DNA from: an uncultured archaeon
GTDB lineage: Archaea > Asgardarchaeota > Jordiarchaeia > Jordiarchaeales > Jordiarchaeaceae
NCBI GenBank assembly: GCA_964510585.1
Contig: CAZECW010000040.1
Location: 1 to 10,047, forward strand
DNA: 10,047 nucleotides
Direction of reading: 5' to 3'
How positions within the stretch are numbered: the stretch's first letter is position 1; each line of letters begins with the position of its first letter. The position numbers and the translations under genes are program-made. Below, one piece after another: positions 7,006 through 10,047 of the stretch. The notes below the pieces were generated by a model. It made no database searches. It had not been told where the DNA came from and saw only the letters and a list, made by a program, of their open reading frames with translations.

Positions 7006-7343
7006 GCATACACCTCCAATTTCAAAACCTTATTAAAAGGATATACTTCTATATGTTTACTTAGTCTTGCCCCATTAAAGCTTTTGTTCAAGAATTCGAA
7101 TGCGACTATTATTCCAAGCACTCAAGGCACGACACGTGCAACAAACGCTAAAGGAAGTTTATATAAAATTAAAATAGGAAGAAATTAACCTGTTAAGTAA
7201 AAATTATCTTTCTCAACCGTTGGTAAAGATTCTCTGGCTCTCAGTCTGCTGGTGATGCGTTGATTGCTCTTTTACTATTAATTTTGTGATTCTTTGGCTA
7301 ATTCTGTCTTTTTTGGGTTTTTCTATTTCGAGCTACCCTTTAC

Positions 7344-7777
7344 ATAATGCTCGACACAAAAGTCTGCGGTTTTAGCCGTGGGATGAATTGTGGAGGGGTT
7401 TAAATAAGAATTTTGGACAAAGAGTTTTGATGTAGATGGCCCGCTAAAAAGGCCGAAATAAGTCCCCCATCCGAAACTGGAAAAACTAGGGTTCAAGCAA
7501 ATAGGACTTGTTTTTTGGAAAAATTCTCCAAAAGAAGCCACCAACGGGGCGGTGGCACGCCCCTGCAGATAGCGTCCAAGCAGTGAAGCGGACAAATGCT
7601 GCCACAAATATCTATAGGAGCCTTAATAGTAAAGTTGTGAAGGGTAAAGTTAGCTGGGCATAAAAAGTTTTAGTGTATTTTTATGATTTGTGGGGTTGAG
7701 AGGTTTTCTTCGGAAAAGGGTTTAGGCTTCAACCTGAAAATAGCTCTAAAAATGCTACTTTCAGCGTAGGGTGGCAC
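7344..7777 (+). mobile_element. Non-autonomous IS200/IS605-family derivative (about 434 bp; right end tentative)
   Basis: The left end has TTAC (7340-7343), a 15-nt spacer, AAAG at +16..+19 (7359-7362), the hairpin TCTGCGGTTTTAGCCGTGGG and then AT, matching IS608 left-end geometry. An NAATNI fragment at 7595-7612 resembles the TnpB C-terminal DxNAAxNI. A degenerate right-end-like CTACTTTCAGCGTAGGGTGGCAC ends at 7777. There is no intact tnpA or tnpB. Confidence 0.65.
7437..7777 (+). ncRNA. Candidate structured RNA (omega/reRNA-like) inside the IS remnant
   Basis: TTTAAATA TATA-like box at 7399-7406, followed by stems 7456-7465/7504-7513, 7513-7519/7527-7533, 7537-7542/7551-7556, 7694-7699/7729-7734 (enclosing a C-UUCG-G tetraloop hairpin at 7704-7717) and 7734-7744/7754-7764. 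Expression is not shown. Confidence 0.3.
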
Positions 7778-8110
7778 TATTTGGGAGTATTAGGAATCGC
7801 ATGTGAGTCTGAAATGATAATCAGAGGTGTCCTCCAGAGACTTTTAAACGAAAAACTTTTACTCCCAGTTTACTTAGTTCTGTTCCGCCGAGCTTTTGTG
7901 GGGAACTAATGAGAGGTGTTAAAGGTACGAAGGGATTTACCAAGATTAGGAGAAGTTGTGATTGATTTCTCCAGCATTTATTTTTTGGTAATTGTACTAA
8001 TCCTTTTCCTCTAGAACCTTAGAGCATTGTAGGATTTGTTCAGATACCCAAATGCGTGTGTCAAAAAATTAAGCTGCTTGGTGCTTGTTTAAGAATGGAA
8101 TAGTAATGAC

Positions 8111-8160
8111 TGTAAAATTTATAATTTTTACAAAAAATATAAATATTATGGCTTTATAAT
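8111..8160 (+). promoter_or_regulatory. vapBC promoter with inverted-repeat operator
   Basis: TGTAAAA-N8-TTTTACA (8111-8132) encloses a TTTATAAT box. Further TATA-like boxes lie at 8138-8145 and 8153-8160, the last 19-26 nt upstream of ATG 8179. Confidence 0.45.
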
Positions 8161-8178
8161 TTGGGTTGGCGATTATCC

Positions 8179-8448
8179 ATGTCTACTATCCAAGTTGATG
8201 AGGAGACGAAGAGGAAGCTTTTGGAGATTGCTGGTCGTCTTCAAGCTGAGCTTAAGAGAAATGTGACATTTAACGATGCTATAAAGTTTCTCATCGACCA
8301 ATACGAGGGGAAAAAGGATTTTAGCGCACTGCGGCCCTTCTTCGGAATTCTGAAAAGGAGTCCTGAGGGGGTGAGAAGAATTCTGGCTGAGCTCAGAGAC
8401 GAGGAGGAGAAGAGACTTGAAAAGTTTACAAGGCAATCTGGCGGTTGA
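8179..8448 (+). CDS. Ribbon-helix-helix-type antitoxin (VapB-like)
   Basis: MSTIQVDEETKRKL...VTFNDAIKFLI has a beta-helix-helix pattern, and the tail is charged. It overlaps the PIN gene. ATG 8179 is preferred over TTG 8161 because of TATA spacing. Confidence 0.8.
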   Translation: MSTIQVDEETKRKLLEIAGRLQAELKRNVTFNDAIKFLIDQYEGKKDFSALRPFFGILKRSPEGVRRILAELRDEEEKRLEKFTRQSGG

Positions 8449-8851
8449 CACAAGTGCTTGGATAGAATATTTCTTAGAAACTGAACTTGGAAAGAGGCTC
8501 GACAGCTATCTCAGTTCCCCTCAACCAAAAAAGGTTTTCGTCTCCCTTCTCACACTTTCCGAAATTTACTACGTTTTGTGCAGAGCTGGTGGGGAAAAAC
8601 TTGCTGAAGAATGCCTGGAAACCCTAAGTGTCATAAAAGACTTGGTCATAGATTTGTCCTTGGATTTAGCTGTGAAGGCGGGAAGTCTGAAATGCAAAAG
8701 AGCAATATCACTAGCCGACTGCACCTGTATAGCACTAGCAGAAAAGTACGGATGCCAAGCCCTCTTTGCCAGAAAAGAAAAGGAAATAGAAGAAGAAATG
8801 AAGCGGAAACCATTCAAAGTACGTGTCGTGTTCCTAGAAGAACAACGGTAG
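8417..8851 (+). CDS. vapC: PIN-domain ribonuclease toxin (VapC)
   Basis: AVDTSAWIEY, TLSEIYY and SLADCTCIALA supply three conserved acidic PIN residues; GAGGAG SD upstream of the TTG. Confidence 0.9.
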   Translation: MKSLQGNLAVDTSAWIEYFLETELGKRLDSYLSSPQPKKVFVSLLTLSEIYYVLCRAGGEKLAEECLETLSVIKDLVIDLSLDLAVKAGSLKCKRAISLADCTCIALAEKYGCQALFARKEKEIEEEMKRKPFKVRVVFLEEQR

Positions 8852-8974
8852 TACCGAGTTTTCCGTGCAAATCCCAGAAATTCTTCATATTAAATTTGGG
8901 TAGGTTTCTATATTCGTTTTTGTTTATCTCAAGTTGCCTCAATGTGATAAGAAGGGAAATTTGGTGTTGTCAGG

Positions 8975-9853
8975 TTAGGGTATTATTCCCCTTTCGCAGT
9001 AGTATTTGTTAAATGTGTCGTAGCATTTGTCCAGATATGCGATGTATGTGTCAAAGTCTAGGAGTCCAATTTTGAGTTGCAGGAAGAATCCCAGCGGGTC
9101 CAGCGCTCTCATTATGCGTAGCTCATCCACTGTTGGCCAGGGTGTGGTTTTCAGGTCTTCGGCTACTTTGAGGTTCCATCCGACGTTCTGTTTTACCATA
9201 TCAACTGTGATTCCGGGGTGGATGCTGTCGAGGTACATTTCTTTTGTTTTTTCGTCAAACCGGAAAATGCCCATGGTGGTTATTACTGCTGCTGGTCCTT
9301 TGCCTCTGAGTTTTAGTTTTTCCCTTGCTCCGGGTCCGTCTATGAATCCGGGGCTTGTTATGAAATCCACCTTTTCGGGGAATCTTCTTTTTTCCTGGCG
9401 CATCATTATTAGTAATCTTTGGGCTGAACATGCAATGTCGCATGCCCCACCGCTTCCTGTTAAGCGTACTTCGGGTTTTTTGTAGTCGCCAATTACGGTG
9501 GAATTCACGTTTCCATACTTGTCAACTTGGGCTCCGCTTATTACGCCCACATCGATGAGTCTGCTCTGCTGGTCTGAGAAAACTCTTATCATACTGTCTG
9601 CCGAGACTACCCTTTCAAGGCAGCTGTCGTCTGCTACACCCATCATTAGTCTTCTGGGCTGAGGGTCTATGGCTCCGCCCTCAACGATTATTGTTAGTCT
9701 TGGGGCGTGAGCAAGCTTGGCTGCCAGAGCTGCTATTAGAGGGATTCCTATGCCTGCAAAAATGGTTTCCTTATCCTTCAACTCTCTCATGGTGGCTGCA
9801 ACCAACATTTCTGTTGGAAGAGCTTTTTCGGGGATTAGTTCTCCACTCATCAT
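8975..9853 (-). CDS. Family I CoA-transferase beta subunit (GctB/PcaJ-like); substrate unknown
   Basis: FAGIGIP, IIVEGG (position of the catalytic Glu in glutaconate CoA-transferase B), GAQVDKYGNVNSTVIG, GSGGACDIA and VDFITSPG. GGAGGT SD favours ATG 9853/9850; ATG 9865 overlaps the upstream stop and is also possible. Confidence 0.9.
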   Translation of the reverse strand: MMSGELIPEKALPTEMLVAATMRELKDKETIFAGIGIPLIAALAAKLAHAPRLTIIVEGGAIDPQPRRLMMGVADDSCLERVVSADSMIRVFSDQQSRLIDVGVISGAQVDKYGNVNSTVIGDYKKPEVRLTGSGGACDIACSAQRLLIMMRQEKRRFPEKVDFITSPGFIDGPGAREKLKLRGKGPAAVITTMGIFRFDEKTKEMYLDSIHPGITVDMVKQNVGWNLKVAEDLKTTPWPTVDELRIMRALDPLGFFLQLKIGLLDFDTYIAYLDKCYDTFNKYYCERGIIP

Positions 9854-9864
9854 AAAAACCTCCA

Positions 9865-10047
9865 TTAAATTTTCACGCTTTCGATGGTTCCCAAGAATTT
9901 GTGGGACATTTGGGTTAACTTGTGGAGTCTATCCCACCCTACCTTCTTACAGTATTCCGCGTGGTTTTCAACTCCATAAACCCACTCGTCCGCCCATTTA
10001 AGGAAGTCTTCATGGCTCTTACTCCAGAAGTCTCTCGCCCAGTGCAT
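9865..10047 (-). CDS. Family I CoA-transferase alpha subunit (GctA-like), C-terminal part; 5'-partial
   Basis: F.KWADEWVYGV.NH.EY..K.G..RL resembles GctA-type C-termini, and it lies immediately upstream of the beta subunit. The frame runs off the window. Confidence 0.75.
   Translation of the reverse strand: MHWARDFWSKSHEDFLKWADEWVYGVENHAEYCKKVGWDRLHKLTQMSHKFLGTIESVKI

Larger units (their letters stand above)
7227..7909 (+). pseudogene. Decayed CPBP (CAAX-protease/Abi) family intramembrane metalloprotease gene, interrupted by an IS remnant
   Basis: Removing 7344-7777 joins the flanks in frame: ...AGDALIALLLLIL*FFG*FCLFWVFLFRATLY|YLGVLGIACESEMIIRGVLQRLLNEKLLLPVYLVLF. This gives hydrophobic helices plus a degenerate EExxFRGxLQ motif. 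It has internal stops and a weaker frameshifted continuation to about 8090. Confidence 0.5.

Noticed and set aside
6544-7188. 214-aa + strand ORF, and other track ORFs overlapping real genes (e.g. 50-310, 1175-1420, 2333-2587, 3544-3765, 3895-4119, 8569-8817, 8611-9012, 9027-9485, 9717-10001)
   Set aside because: Antisense or alternate-frame shadows of motif-supported genes, with no recognisable domains.
7228-7299. 12-nt direct repeat GATTCTYTGGCT, 60 bp apart
   Set aside because: Only two short copies, so it is not a CRISPR array and is compatible with chance. No cas genes are in the window.
7436-7530. TnpB N-terminal HTH remnant (PHPKLEKLGFKQIGLVFW)
   Set aside because: It needs two frameshifts and the similarity is too weak to claim without a profile search.
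7323-7607. 94-aa minus-strand ORF
   Set aside because: It reads through the IS left-end hairpin (IHPTAK is the translation of that palindrome) and crosses the element boundary; there is no coding evidence.
7437-7610. RNase P RNA, SRP RNA, FMN riboswitch or self-cleaving ribozyme
   Set aside because: AAGTCCCCC resembles RNase P P4 but lacks GAGGAA and the 3' partner. No SRP helix-8 motif, FMN-riboswitch core, or hammerhead/HDV core was found.
7782-7928. Group I intron-like core: AATCAGAGG (Q-like), CCTCCAGAGACT (R-like), an 8-bp P3-like pair 7782-7789/7860-7867, a P8-like hairpin 7874-7909 and AAGGTAC (S-like); would have suggested an IStron
   Set aside because: There is no downstream AGTC to form P7, P5 is absent and J3/4 is too long. 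The same bases are explained more simply as codons for IIRGVLQRLL of the CPBP pseudogene.
8030-8064. Alternative IS605 right end ending GTGTGTCAA
   Set aside because: There is no hairpin resembling the left end and no GAAT guide. It would also place the CPBP-like coding fragment inside the element.

Overview
Archaeal-looking genomic DNA (GGAGG/GGTG Shine-Dalgarno sites, TATA boxes, TTG/GTG starts, archaeal TA families); the lineage cannot be fixed from this window. From left to right: a Cys-containing V4R-like gene (+); a coupled four-gene operon (-) encoding an 18-Cys Fe-S protein, a 2x[4Fe-4S] ferredoxin, a degenerate PD-(D/E)xK protein with an inserted wHTH, and a CooC-type Ni-insertion ATPase; an AbrB/MazE antitoxin followed by only a 15-codon PIN-like stub; a wHTH-MNT/HEPN pair (-); three flavodoxin-like paralogues; a 1.15 kb ORF-free gap; a VapBC pair (+); and the end of a family I CoA-transferase alpha/beta operon (-). 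The gap appears to be a decayed CPBP (CAAX-protease-like) membrane gene interrupted by a ~434 bp non-autonomous IS200/IS605 derivative. That element has an IS608-geometry left end and a hairpin-rich interior that may be an orphan omega-RNA. All calls come from manual motif reading, with no database searches. The most interesting items are the IS/RNA cassette, the Fe-S/pseudo-nuclease/CooC operon and the flavodoxin triplet.
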